From Alphaproteobacteria bacterium (lineage in GTDB: Bacteria; Pseudomonadota; Alphaproteobacteria; JAUXUR01), in NCBI GenBank assembly GCA_030680745.1, contig JAUXUR010000077.1, positions 4,197-68,196 on the forward strand: a DNA stretch of 64,000 nt, written 5' to 3'. A program made the translations under genes and the position numbers. Shown here one piece after another: positions 29,322-39,027 of this stretch. Position 1 is the stretch's first letter. The number at the start of each line of letters is the position of its first letter. Below the pieces are notes generated by a model. That model made no database searches. It worked only from the letters and a program-made list of their open reading frames with translations, and was not told the DNA's origin.

Positions 29322-29597
29322 CGGGACAATTTTTATTTTTAGGCTAGAAATTTTTCCACACACCTTTGTTTTCCTGAACGCCTTGAAGCGAAGCTTCGAA
29401 GGCAGATTCAGGATCCATAACGAAATACATGCTCAAAGAGCATGGCAAAATTATTTAAATAACGTCATGATCTACGATCATGATTGCTAATTGGACCCTG
29501 AATCCTACTCGAAGCTTTGCTTCTCACCTGTTCAGGGAAACGGCTGCTGTTTTGTGGCTTTCCATCTAAAACTAAATTTTTGTCCCGCAGATTGATC
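29322..29597. repeat. MITE-like element with inverted TIRs caatctacgggacaa ... ttgtcccgcagattg, enclosing two copies of the cctgaa...ttcagg hairpin module
   Basis: Same TIR motif as at 23170/23508/23553/22123. Internal module matches 23101-23160 and 32495-32560. Confidence 0.65.
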
Positions 29598-29667
29598 GAC
29601 TATAATTCGATTAAACAGAATTTTAAATAAAACGTTTTAATTTACTCTGAAACAATTTTAATTGATA

Positions 29668-30027
29668 TTAATATTTCCCTAAAAGTCGAAATGAGCCATT
29701 TTCACCTATGCTATAATCACAAATTCTTGATAAATTTTTAGGATTATCTTTTATGCCATAAGATTTTAATTCGCTTTCTGTTACGACGGGCAAGAAGGAT
29801 CCTACCGGATGTACGTTGGGACCTGTTATAAGTTGATCTTTGTTTTGTATTTTTACAACTTTACGACCAAGGATAATATCTCCAACAGAAATCGTTTTTA
29901 CTGACATTCTTTTCAATTTATCATGAACAACACTAGCACTAGGACATACAGCATTTGCCACAACAAATGTAAACATAGAAAAAACAATGCACAAAGGCAC
30001 AAATTTAAGTAATTTAAGTTTTATCAT
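29668..30027 (-). CDS. small secreted or anchored protein, unknown function
   Basis: N-terminal hydrophobic segment. Downstream of ftsY on the same strand. Confidence 0.35.
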   Translation of the reverse strand: MIKLKLLKFVPLCIVFSMFTFVVANAVCPSASVVHDKLKRMSVKTISVGDIILGRKVVKIQNKDQLITGPNVHPVGSFLPVVTESELKSYGIKDNPKNLSRICDYSIGENGSFRLLGKY

Positions 30028-30116
30028 ATTAAGCGCCTCTCATAAGTTATTCTTATAAAAGATAGCATTAAAGTAATTAAAAAATAGTAAAATTTATTTG
30101 GGAGGAGAGAGGCTTT

Positions 30117-31052
30117 TTAGTCCCCAATCCCCATCAAATGATTCGCGAAATCTTTTGCTTTGAAGGGTTTTAAATCCTCTGATGTTTCGCCAACACCAAT
30201 CGCATGAATGGGAAGGTTAAATTTTTCGGCAAGCCCCACGATGATGCCGCCTTTAGCTGTACCATCTAATTTGGTCATGATAAGGCCTGTAACACCCGTT
30301 AATTGCTGAAAAATCTCAACTTGATTATAGGCATTTTGACCAGTTGTCGCATCTAAAATAAGCAAAACACTATGAGGGGCAGAAGGATCAATTTTTTTAA
30401 GTGTTCTGATAATTTTTTCAAGCTCAGCCATTAAATGCGTTTTATTTTGAAGGCGTCCTGCTGTATCGATCATTAATATATCGATATTGTCTTTACGTGC
30501 TTTTTCATAGGCTTCGAATGCAACGGCTGCAGGATCAGCACCTGCTTGCTTTGTAATAACAGGTATTTTAAGACGATCACCCCAGATTTGTAATTGCTCA
30601 ATCGCTGCTGCCCTAAAGGTATCGGCAGCACCAAGCATAATGCTGTGGCCTGCTTCTTTGAATTCTTTAGTTAATTTGGCAATTGTTGTTGTTTTACCCG
30701 TGCCATTCACACCGACCACAAGAATGACATGCGGCTTTTGGGTATTATCGATCACCAGGGGTTTCGCAATGGGATCTAATATGATTGCAATTTCTTGAGC
30801 GAGTGCTACGCGCACCTCTTCTTCATCAACATCTTTGTCGAAACGTGATTTAGCAATCAAGGACACAATTTTATGAGATGTTTTAACACCTAAATCAGCC
30901 TGAATCAGCAAATCTTCTAATTCTTCAATGCTTGCCTGATCTAATTTTTTTTTGGTAAAAAGATCTTTAATTCCTTGCGTTAAAGGCCGTGAAGTTTTCG
31001 CAAGGCCTTCTTTCAGACGGGTAAACCACGATTTTTTAGGTGCATCAGACAT
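30117..31052 (-). CDS. ftsY: signal recognition particle receptor
   Basis: GVNGTGKTTTIAKL, DTAGR, TKLDG motifs. Short N-terminus typical of alphaproteobacterial FtsY. Confidence 0.9.
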   Translation of the reverse strand: MSDAPKKSWFTRLKEGLAKTSRPLTQGIKDLFTKKKLDQASIEELEDLLIQADLGVKTSHKIVSLIAKSRFDKDVDEEEVRVALAQEIAIILDPIAKPLVIDNTQKPHVILVVGVNGTGKTTTIAKLTKEFKEAGHSIMLGAADTFRAAAIEQLQIWGDRLKIPVITKQAGADPAAVAFEAYEKARKDNIDILMIDTAGRLQNKTHLMAELEKIIRTLKKIDPSAPHSVLLILDATTGQNAYNQVEIFQQLTGVTGLIMTKLDGTAKGGIIVGLAEKFNLPIHAIGVGETSEDLKPFKAKDFANHLMGIGD

Positions 31053-32307
31053 GGACGTTGATCACTTTTCCAATAAGTTTTTGATTTTCTTGTGCAATAA
31101 GGTCAATATGTACTTCCTGACCAAGATTGAAATTTAGCGAATTATCAAGCAATTGAACAGGGAGAAAATGCTCTTCTTTACCCTCATTACCTTTTTCTAA
31201 AATCATGATGGCTTTTTTACCAATATGAGCATTAAGCTCTTGATTTAATAATGTATCGCCTAAGTCGCGTAATTTCTGCGCTCGCTCTTTACGGAGTGAT
31301 GATACGACTTGCGGCATTTTTGCAGCGGGCGTGCCAGGTCTTGGAGAATAAGGGAAAATATGTAAAAGCGGGATATGAAGATCTTTGATTAAATTATAGG
31401 TATTTTCAAACATCTCGTCATTTTCTGTTGGAAAGCCTGCAATCACATCTGCGCCAAAAACAATATCAGGTCTCAATTGACGGGTTTTTTCGACAAAATT
31501 AATGACATCTTGACGCAAATGACGTCTTTTCATTCGTTTAAGAATAAGATCGTCGCCTGCTTGTAAACTTAAGTGCAAATGGGGTAATAATCTATCATTC
31601 GTTCCAATTAAATCAAATAAATCATCATCAACTTCAACAGGATCCAAAGACGATAAACGCAACCGTTTTAAATCTGGGACTAAATTAAGAACACGACGAA
31701 TCATTTGACCAAGATTTGGCGTTCCTGGCAAATCACTTCCATAAGACGTTATATCAACGCCTGTCAAAACGATTTCATTATAATTTTCGGATAATAGTTT
31801 TTGAATTTGGGTGACGATTGTGGGAATGGGCACCGAACGCGAATTGCCACGACCATAAGGAATCGAGCAAAAAGTGCATCGGTGATCGCAACCATTCTGC
31901 ACTTGAATAAAAGCACGTGCATGTCCTTCAAAACCCGAAATTAAATGCGTCGCCGTTTCTTTAACGGACATAATATCGTTCACAAGCACACGCTCTTGCA
32001 ATGGCATAAAACTTTCAATCGTCATTTTTTCGTGATTGCCAATGACACGGTCTACTTCTGGCATGGCAGCAAAAAATTCAGGCTTAATTTGGGCAGCACA
32101 TCCTGTTACAAAAATTTGAACATTGGGATTTTCTTTGCGTGCTTTACGAATCGCTTGACGCGCTTGACGTTCGGCTTCATTGGTGACAGAACAGGTGTTA
32201 AAAATAATAGCATTTTCAAGTCCTGCGTCTTGCGCCAAAGAACGCATCACTTCAGATTCATATGTATTGAGACGACATCCAAACGTCTGTATTTCAATAG
32301 ACTTCAT
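31045..32307 (-). CDS. mtaB: MiaB-like radical-SAM tRNA methylthiotransferase (MtaB-type)
   Basis: N-terminal MTTase Cys (FGCRLN...C...C). Radical SAM CDHRCTFCSIP. C-terminal TRAM-like region. 8-bp overlap with ftsY. Start set at the ATG at 32307 (MKSIEIQTFGC); the track ORF extends to 32469 with a non-conserved 54-aa leader. Confidence 0.75.
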   Translation of the reverse strand: MKSIEIQTFGCRLNTYESEVMRSLAQDAGLENAIIFNTCSVTNEAERQARQAIRKARKENPNVQIFVTGCAAQIKPEFFAAMPEVDRVIGNHEKMTIESFMPLQERVLVNDIMSVKETATHLISGFEGHARAFIQVQNGCDHRCTFCSIPYGRGNSRSVPIPTIVTQIQKLLSENYNEIVLTGVDITSYGSDLPGTPNLGQMIRRVLNLVPDLKRLRLSSLDPVEVDDDLFDLIGTNDRLLPHLHLSLQAGDDLILKRMKRRHLRQDVINFVEKTRQLRPDIVFGADVIAGFPTENDEMFENTYNLIKDLHIPLLHIFPYSPRPGTPAAKMPQVVSSLRKERAQKLRDLGDTLLNQELNAHIGKKAIMILEKGNEGKEEHFLPVQLLDNSLNFNLGQEVHIDLIAQENQKLIGKVINVHV

Positions 32308-32835
32308 CTCAAACTCTACTAACGTGGCTGATTGATGTGTCGTTTCAGTACTCAGATCCTCATGTGTATAAGGATACACTTCGTCCTTCTGTGCTGAATC
32401 TCCTGTCACGCGTCTCACATTAGCGTGTTTCGAATGAAGTCTAGTTTTCGTATTCATATTCATTTTCAATTTTATTTTTAAAACTTGCCGTTAACTTTTT
32501 GTTTTCCTGAACGCCTTGATGTGAATATTCATAAGCAGATTCAGGGTTGTATCTTAAATCTAACATGATTGAGTGAAATTGGTCATGATAATGGCAGAAG
32601 ACTTTGTGTTTCAGGGCAGACCTAAAAGGTCTGTTGGATCCCAAAGCTTCTGCCCACGATCTTAAACGTGAACGGTAGAACGGACCTGAGTTCGATTTAC
32701 AATCCTGCGTTATGGATCAACATAGATGGTGATAATATCATGAAACACGCTACTTTCAAACATTTTGTTGATATTGATGTGTCTAAAAATTGGATAGATG
32801 TGTATGTTTAACAAAAATCGTAAAATGGGCACATT

Positions 32836-33105
32836 TTATCGAATGCCATTAAATTTTTCCTCAAAGTTCACACATTGTTCAAGTGTAAAACGTTCGGTAT
32901 TTCTAGGCGTTCGAAACATAAAAGACTTAGACTCAAGCCTTGTAAAGCATCTTTGAAAATAAGGTGAGGCTTCTATATTTCTGACAGTGGGTCTATAGTC
33001 TTTTTTGTTTAATTCAATGGGATCAAGTTTTGCATATTCACGATGGGCCATTACTTGAAACCCAGCAAAAACAAAAAACAATAATATGACTATTTTCATC
33101 GCCAA
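32836..33105 (-). CDS. small secreted protein, unknown
   Basis: Signal peptide (GFQVMA). 89 aa. Confidence 0.3.
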   Translation of the reverse strand: MAMKIVILLFFVFAGFQVMAHREYAKLDPIELNKKDYRPTVRNIEASPYFQRCFTRLESKSFMFRTPRNTERFTLEQCVNFEEKFNGIR

Positions 33106-33394
33106 TCTCCATACGTAAATTTTAACTATACTTTAATTATAAAACAAATATTACAGAAATTAAACAATTATTAAGATTTCATTAAGATAATTAACTATTT
33201 TTAATATAGAATTACAATGTTATTAAAAATAGTTAATCTCTTCTTTACTTATTAGACTTTCTTCGAAACTCGTTAATGTGAGACGAGTGATAGGAGGTTC
33301 AGCACGGAAGACCACAGTGTATTCTTCATACATGAGGATCTGAGTACCGAAACGACGTATCAATCGATCACAGTAGTAGGGTTTCGAAAGAAGT

Positions 33395-34165
33395 CTACTC
33401 TTTTATTATGTCTAGTTCTTTCCTTTTATGCGTATGTTTTGCAGAATGCATTGCAAAAGGTATAGACCCTGCATATAAAACAACAATTGCAATCAGTGCA
33501 AACCAAGGAGAGGAAGAAATAAAAGCAACAAAAGCTCCAATACCAATCAAAATAGGTAAAACAAATTTAACGGGAATTCTTAAGCGTTTAAATGAATAAC
33601 ATGGAACGCGACTGACCATAAGAGCCGATGATATAAGCATAATGGGAATCACAAGCCAAGGTGTGCGTGTCCATTCTGTATTAAGTGCATAAGACAACAT
33701 GATTGGAAAAAGAACAAAACCTGCACCTGCGGGAATAGGCGTTCCTGAAAAATACGCACTAGGGCCCTGAGGTGTTTTAGAAGGTTGTGTATTAAAACGT
33801 GCAAGGCGAAGCGCACCACAAATGCAATAAATAAGAACGACTAGCCATCCAATGCTTGGTACCGTTTTAAGGGTCCATAAATAGAGAACTAAAGCTGGTG
33901 CTACACCAAAATTAACCAAATCACAGAGTGAATCAAGTTCTGCGCCAAAACCAGAATCATTCACACCTACCATACGTGCAACACGGCCGTCTAAATTGTC
34001 AAGAAAAGCTGCAAAAACAACTAAAATCACCGCCCAATGAAATTTATCATTAAGGGCAAAACGTAAGGCCGTTAATCCAGAGCAAAGAGCACCTAAACTT
34101 ATTATATTTGGAAGCATCTGATTGAAAGATAAAATTTTTGATCTTTCTTCGCGTAATTTCTTCAT
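33395..34165 (-). CDS. pssA: CDP-diacylglycerol--serine O-phosphatidyltransferase
   Basis: CDP-alcohol phosphatidyltransferase signature DNLDGRVARMVGVNDSGFGAELDSLCD. Multi-TM. Confidence 0.8.
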   Translation of the reverse strand: MKKLREERSKILSFNQMLPNIISLGALCSGLTALRFALNDKFHWAVILVVFAAFLDNLDGRVARMVGVNDSGFGAELDSLCDLVNFGVAPALVLYLWTLKTVPSIGWLVVLIYCICGALRLARFNTQPSKTPQGPSAYFSGTPIPAGAGFVLFPIMLSYALNTEWTRTPWLVIPIMLISSALMVSRVPCYSFKRLRIPVKFVLPILIGIGAFVAFISSSPWFALIAIVVLYAGSIPFAMHSAKHTHKRKELDIIKE

Positions 34166-34188
34166 TTTGTCAGCCTTACGTGTAAATA

Positions 34189-34848
34189 TTAGTTTGTTTC
34201 AGCGATAGCTAGCACAGTTTCGCCGGCAATCATTGTTTGACCTAGTATCACTTTTACAGGCCATTCTGCAGGAATATAGATGTCAACACGACTGCCAAAG
34301 CGAATGAGTCCGTAATTTTTTCCAACTTCAGCACGATCACCTTCTTCCACGTCCCAACAAATACGACGCGCGACCAGTCCTGCGATTTGAACGACACCTA
34401 TCATAGCACCAATATCTGTTTTAAGTGCAATAGCTAAACGTTCATTATCTTCACTTGCTTTATCTAAGCTTGCATTAATGAATTTACCTTTAATGTAATT
34501 CATTTTTTGAATAATACCTGACAAAGGCATTTTATTCACATGAACATCAAAAACATTCAAAAAAACGCTGATACGTCTATAAGGACGATCTTCAAGTTGA
34601 AGTTCTTTAGGCAATGAAACTTCATCAATATGAACCACTTTTCCATCAGCTGCACTGATCACAAAATTTTTATCTTGAGGTGTTACACGATTAGGATTTC
34701 TAAAAAAATAAACGCACCAAACTGTTAAGATAAGCCCTAAAAACCCTAAAGGTTGTGCAATAAACCACAAAACAAGCGTTATTGCTGCAAAAATTCCAAT
34801 AAATTTATAGCCATCTGGGTGAATGGGCACGAAAACATCTTTTAACAT
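34189..34848 (-). CDS. psd: phosphatidylserine decarboxylase proenzyme (short form)
   Basis: N-terminal TM and FGSRVD self-cleavage-type motif near the C-terminus. Syntenic with pssA. Confidence 0.75.
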   Translation of the reverse strand: MLKDVFVPIHPDGYKFIGIFAAITLVLWFIAQPLGFLGLILTVWCVYFFRNPNRVTPQDKNFVISAADGKVVHIDEVSLPKELQLEDRPYRRISVFLNVFDVHVNKMPLSGIIQKMNYIKGKFINASLDKASEDNERLAIALKTDIGAMIGVVQIAGLVARRICWDVEEGDRAEVGKNYGLIRFGSRVDIYIPAEWPVKVILGQTMIAGETVLAIAETN

Positions 34849-35519
34849 TCTATAAGTAACCTTGTACTTTCCTGGTTTGTTTCATTTGCAAGCATATTTT
34901 TCATGGGCGCAAAACTTAATCGATGATGTTTTGTAATCCCATAAGCATTAATTGCTTCTCGATGTTCCTTTGTGCCATATCCAGCATTTTTTTGCCAGGC
35001 ATAATGTGGATATCGGTGACTTAAACGCATCATTAATTCATCACGTTTCACTTTTGCAAGTATAGACGCCGCTGCAATGCTAAGGCTTTTAGAATCTCCC
35101 TGTATAATAGGCAAAGTTGGATAAGGGAAAAGGGGGTTCATTTTACCATCGACCAATATTTGTGTTGGAATTATCCTTAACCCCATTAGTGCGCGTCGCA
35201 TCGCCAAAAAACTTGCTTGCAATATGTTTATATCGTCAATTTCTTTAACGCTCGCCGATCCTATTGCATAATATCCGTACATTTTAAGTGCTTCAATAAG
35301 ATTTTGACGTTTTAGGGGAGTCAATTTTTTTGAATCATCAATTTTTTCGAAAAGATCTTTCGGAATATCATATGTTTTAAATACATAGGCGGCTGCCATC
35401 ACAGGACCTGCTAATGGTCCTCTGCCGACTTCATCTATCCCCACAACGATGCCTGGAAATTTAGCTTCATAAGAAAAGTCTGGTATGGTACTCTGCCCCT
35501 TAGAAATAATGCTACTCAC
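34842..35519 (-). CDS. rnhB: ribonuclease HII
   Basis: GIDEVGRGPLAGPV and DDSKKL motifs. Confidence 0.85.
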   Translation of the reverse strand: MSSIISKGQSTIPDFSYEAKFPGIVVGIDEVGRGPLAGPVMAAAYVFKTYDIPKDLFEKIDDSKKLTPLKRQNLIEALKMYGYYAIGSASVKEIDDINILQASFLAMRRALMGLRIIPTQILVDGKMNPLFPYPTLPIIQGDSKSLSIAAASILAKVKRDELMMRLSHRYPHYAWQKNAGYGTKEHREAINAYGITKHHRLSFAPMKNMLANETNQESTRLLIEC

Positions 35520-35625
35520 CCTATGGGCAAATTCGTCGTCAAGGCTGCGCTTCCAATACTCATGTACCTTAAGTACATGCAGTTTCGGTTCTCGCCTTTT
35601 CTAGACTTTGCCTCATAATCTGAGC
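35518..35625. repeat. Repeat family B copy
   Basis: ctatgggcaaattcgtcgtcaagg...catgtaccttaagtacatg...ggttctcg...ctagactttgcctcataatctga. Confidence 0.7.
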
Positions 35626-35671
35626 AGCAGTCAAGCCCACGGATCATGAAAAATGCTGATGGAAAAATATC

Positions 35672-36373
35672 ATGAAGAATCTACCCAAAATAGGCATTAC
35701 GTTGGATCGAAACGAGCCAGGTCATTATTCGCAAAGACCCTATTATGCGTTACGTGAAAATTATTGCACGCCCATTTCAGATTTAGGTGGCGTGCCAATG
35801 CCTATACCACCAATTATGGATATGATGGCTCATTATCTTTCATTAATTGATGGACTTATTATAACGGGTGGCGATTTTGATATTGACCCTACATTATTTG
35901 GCGCAACAGAAATTCATCCAGAAGTTAAAACAAAACCCATCCGCACAGAATTTGAAATGCTTCTTTGTACGATGGCTTTAGCTAAAAACATGCCTATATT
36001 GGGCATTTGCGGCGGTGCACAGATTATTAATGTTTGTTTAGGTGGGACACTTATTCAGCATATTCCTGATGAAATTCCAAATGCCTTGAATCATCAAACG
36101 GGCGCTCTTTCATCGCACCCTATTAAAATTGAAAAAGAATCTATGCTTTCAGAAATTTTTAGCAAAAATACGCTGATGGTGAATAGTTCTCATCATCAAG
36201 CCATCAATTTGTCAGGCAAAGATCTGATCGTTTCAGCAATTGCTGAAGACAATGTCGTTGAAGCCATTGAGCTTAAAAATTACCCTTTTTGCATCGGTGT
36301 TCAATGGCATCCAGAATTCCTTTTAACGCCAGAGGACAATCTATTATTTAAGGCCTTTATGAATGCAATCTAA
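35672..36373 (+). CDS. Class I glutamine amidotransferase-like hydrolase (peptidase C26 / gamma-glutamyl-GABA hydrolase family)
   Basis: GICGGAQ nucleophile elbow and HHQAI / QWHPE motifs. Confidence 0.7.
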   Translation: MKNLPKIGITLDRNEPGHYSQRPYYALRENYCTPISDLGGVPMPIPPIMDMMAHYLSLIDGLIITGGDFDIDPTLFGATEIHPEVKTKPIRTEFEMLLCTMALAKNMPILGICGGAQIINVCLGGTLIQHIPDEIPNALNHQTGALSSHPIKIEKESMLSEIFSKNTLMVNSSHHQAINLSGKDLIVSAIAEDNVVEAIELKNYPFCIGVQWHPEFLLTPEDNLLFKAFMNAI

Positions 36374-37109
36374 TATAAAAATGCCCATTAATACAACAGA
36401 ACGGCTTGCTAAATGGATCGCCCATGCTGGATATTGTTCTAGACGTCACGCTGAACGCCTTATCCAGGATGGTCTTGTGAGTGTTGATGGTGAAGTTGTT
36501 TTGATCCCACAAACACCCGTTTCAGACGATAACGTTATTATCGTTGAAGGCAATGTATTGCGCAAAAATAAGGTGCAATTATGGCTTTATCATAAACCAT
36601 CTGGACTTGTGACAACGCATGCTGATCCAGAGGGACGACCTACTGTGTTTGAAAGTTTGCCTGCGCATTTACCACATGTGATTTCAGTAGGACGTCTTGA
36701 TCTTCACACAGAAGGCTTGCTTCTTTTAACAAATTTTGGCCCTTTGGCACGCAAATTTGAACACCCTTCCTCAAATTTAACCCGAACGTATCATGTGCGT
36801 GTTTATGGCGCTTTGACTGATATTATGTGCGATATGCTTGCAAAAGGGTTAGAAGTTGATGGTGTTTCTTATGCGCCCATTGAAGTGACTCAAGTGAAAG
36901 GCGAAGGTAGTAATCAGTGGATTGAAATGATTTTAACTGAAGGGAAAAATCGTGAAATTCGAAACGTTTTAGGCTATTTTCATCTTCGCATTAACAAATT
37001 AATCCGCACAGCCTATGGACCTTTTGAATTAGATGATCTTAAACCTGGAGAGGTTAAAGAAGTAAATCCAAAAACTGTAGCGGATCTTATGAAGCATTTT
37101 GACCTTTAG
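36363..37109 (+). CDS. rRNA pseudouridine synthase (RsuA/RluB family) with N-terminal S4 domain
   Basis: S4 motif LAKWIAHAGYCSRRHAERLI. Catalytic GRLDLHTEGLLLLTN. Confidence 0.7.
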   Translation: MQSNIKMPINTTERLAKWIAHAGYCSRRHAERLIQDGLVSVDGEVVLIPQTPVSDDNVIIVEGNVLRKNKVQLWLYHKPSGLVTTHADPEGRPTVFESLPAHLPHVISVGRLDLHTEGLLLLTNFGPLARKFEHPSSNLTRTYHVRVYGALTDIMCDMLAKGLEVDGVSYAPIEVTQVKGEGSNQWIEMILTEGKNREIRNVLGYFHLRINKLIRTAYGPFELDDLKPGEVKEVNPKTVADLMKHFDL

Positions 37110-37456
37110 CAACCGCCAGCAGTTGCTGTAACATTGCCAACGTTGGAAATTGTTGCTTGTACAGTAACAGGTGAATTTGGTGCTGGATTAATAACAAGAA
37201 CGGCACCACCGATATTACATTGCTTTGTTGGTGTTGTAGTCCCAGGCGCAGCGCCAGGAACACTCGTCGTACTTGTGCCGCTCGTTGCACTCGTTGTAGC
37301 TGTGCCATAAGGATTTAATAACAGATCAGGCATAGAGGCTGTTGGAGAAAATGAAGCACCTGAACCCATATTAGCACCCAATCCAACAAAATCTGCGGCT
37401 TGCAGTTGAGAAACAAATCCTAAACCAAAAACCAAAGCTAAAGTTACTTTAAACAT
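37106..37456 (-). CDS. secreted Thr/Ser/Gly-rich low-complexity protein
   Basis: Signal peptide (QLQA). TSATSGTSTTSVPGAAPGTTTP tract. C-terminal NVGNVTATAGGC. Confidence 0.4.
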   Translation of the reverse strand: MFKVTLALVFGLGFVSQLQAADFVGLGANMGSGASFSPTASMPDLLLNPYGTATTSATSGTSTTSVPGAAPGTTTPTKQCNIGGAVLVINPAPNSPVTVQATISNVGNVTATAGGC

Positions 37457-37473
37457 TTTTATCCCCTTGTCTT

Positions 37474-37809
37474 CTAGTTAACAACTATAACTGTACCGCC
37501 GACATTACGCTGAACAACTTCACCTACAACATTACTCACCGAAAGATCAGAGAAAACATTTCCAATATTTTCTTGCTTAAAGGTGCCCCCTTTAATATTC
37601 GCGTTAGGATTAGCACTAAAACTATTACCCGCTACATTGTTTTGGATGGTAGAATTTATCACATTATTCGCTTCAAGCTTCGCTTCAACATTACCAACAT
37701 TGTTTTGTTGTATTTCTGTATTTTGCACTGTAAGTGCATTAACACCTACATTCGCTAGAAGGGCTAAAAAAAACAATGTGTATCTAAACATATCCAAAAT
37801 TCCTTCCAT
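37474..37809 (-). CDS. Secreted Asn/Gln-rich repeat protein (curlin-like repeat pattern)
   Basis: Signal peptide. Reiterated Q-x-N-V-G-N / IQNNVAGNS / VQRNVGGTV units. Confidence 0.4.
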   Translation of the reverse strand: MEGILDMFRYTLFFLALLANVGVNALTVQNTEIQQNNVGNVEAKLEANNVINSTIQNNVAGNSFSANPNANIKGGTFKQENIGNVFSDLSVSNVVGEVVQRNVGGTVIVVN

Positions 37810-38085
37810 CTTTGTTCATAATTCAAGTATAGAAGATAAGTTATTAATTTTTGGTTAAGATTTTTTCTTTTTTTTCAAAAAAAAGCTAGAACACATTTTT
37901 TTATTAATAATGGCTCTAGCTTTAAGTTTTATTAGAATTTAAGGAAGAAACATAGACAAAACATGTTCCTTAATTATAGTCTAGTTTAATAAAGGTTAAG
38001 AAAAGGTTAATTTTTATTTTTAGATAAAAAAAAGCGCGGATTTTGGCCGCGCAGTTTCTTAGGATGAGACGAGAAGTTTAGGTTT

Positions 38086-38448
38086 TTACTGACCGGAGAA
38101 AGTAATAGCATTTCCTGCTGCATTGTTAGCGACAGAAGATGATATTATGTTAACGCCGATTTGGTTTGCAGTTGTTGTACCAATCTCTTGTTGAAGTACA
38201 TTATTACCAACAAAGGTCGCAAAACCATCGCCACTTTTTGCTTCAGCAACTGTAAAAGTGTTACCAGCAGATCCGTTGGCAACTGTAGAGCTTACAATTG
38301 TGTTTAGATTTTGATTGGACAAACTTGTACCAATTCTATTTTGTGTAAAGTTATTTCCAGTAACTGATAAAGGATCAGCTGATGCCATTCCTGCTGCACC
38401 AACACTTAAGAATGCTGTAAGGGAAACTAATTTAAAGAACTTTGTCAT
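38086..38448 (-). CDS. Secreted Asn/Gln/Gly-rich repeat protein (curlin-like), two ~40-aa repeats
   Basis: Start at the ATG at 38448, behind an aggagga RBS. Repeats GNNFTQNRIGTSLSNQ...ANGSAGNTFT and GNNVLQQEIGTTTANQ...ANNAAGNAITF. Confidence 0.45.
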   Translation of the reverse strand: MTKFFKLVSLTAFLSVGAAGMASADPLSVTGNNFTQNRIGTSLSNQNLNTIVSSTVANGSAGNTFTVAEAKSGDGFATFVGNNVLQQEIGTTTANQIGVNIISSSVANNAAGNAITFSGQ

Positions 38449-39027
38449 GATTTCCTCCTTGTTTGATTCTAGTTTTAGTCCATAACTAAAGTATAAGTAC
38501 TTATTGGTTAAAAAATTATTAAACTGCAAGTAAAGAAAAGTAATTATCATAATAAAAAATAAATATTACATAGTTTTTATTTTATTGTTTATGCTAATGA
38601 AAATGATTTTTATAGTTAAAAATGTTAATGCTGAAGAAAATATTTTTACAAATAATTATGTTTTTTTTATTTATATAATACTTATAATGAATTGAATTTT
38701 TAAAAATAAAAGCAATTAAAAATACATTTATTCAAAAAAAATACTTTACCAAGAAACATCTTTTGATTTAATGTGATCTGTATTAAGCCTCACATAGTGA
38801 CGATCTATTCTTAAATCATCCGAAAGTGGCTTAAAAACGCTACCAACGCATTTTGACTCAAGCTTAAAACCACATTTTTCTGTTTTTAACGCCATTTTGA
38901 GATGAGTTTTTTCTATATCAATACTAAAAACATAGTCATTCATTACGACTATTTGCAATCATTTTTATTTTATGTCACAATTTTTTAGCCTAGAAAAAAT
39001 AAATAAATAAGATAATTGGAGGAAAAA

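Noticed and set aside
31945-32322. Numerous short ORFs antisense to or nested in confident genes (for example 586-810, 2607-2831, 3778-4056, 9723-9923, 12657-12953, 13316-13701, 23618-23803, 24658-25323, 25516-25731, 26344-26544, 27749-27949, 28679-28876, 30952-31137, 31945-32322, 33408-33599, 37087-37308, 37573-37858, 39669-39936, 40083-40373, 43423-44062, 47955-48239, 49881-50244, 51783-51968, 53444-53995, 58019-58804, 61041-61364, 62542-62826, 63306-63838)
   Set aside because: They overlap longer ORFs with clear family motifs on the other strand or frame. In an AT-rich genome, antisense ORFs of this length are common. None has an RBS or a recognisable motif.
32441-32469. 162-nt N-terminal extension of mtaB to 32469 (and the ORF 32441-32644)
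   Set aside because: The conserved MTTase domain begins at MKSIEIQTFGC (the ATG at 32307). The upstream 54 codons are His/Thr-rich, overlap the cctgaa repeat module and lack conservation.
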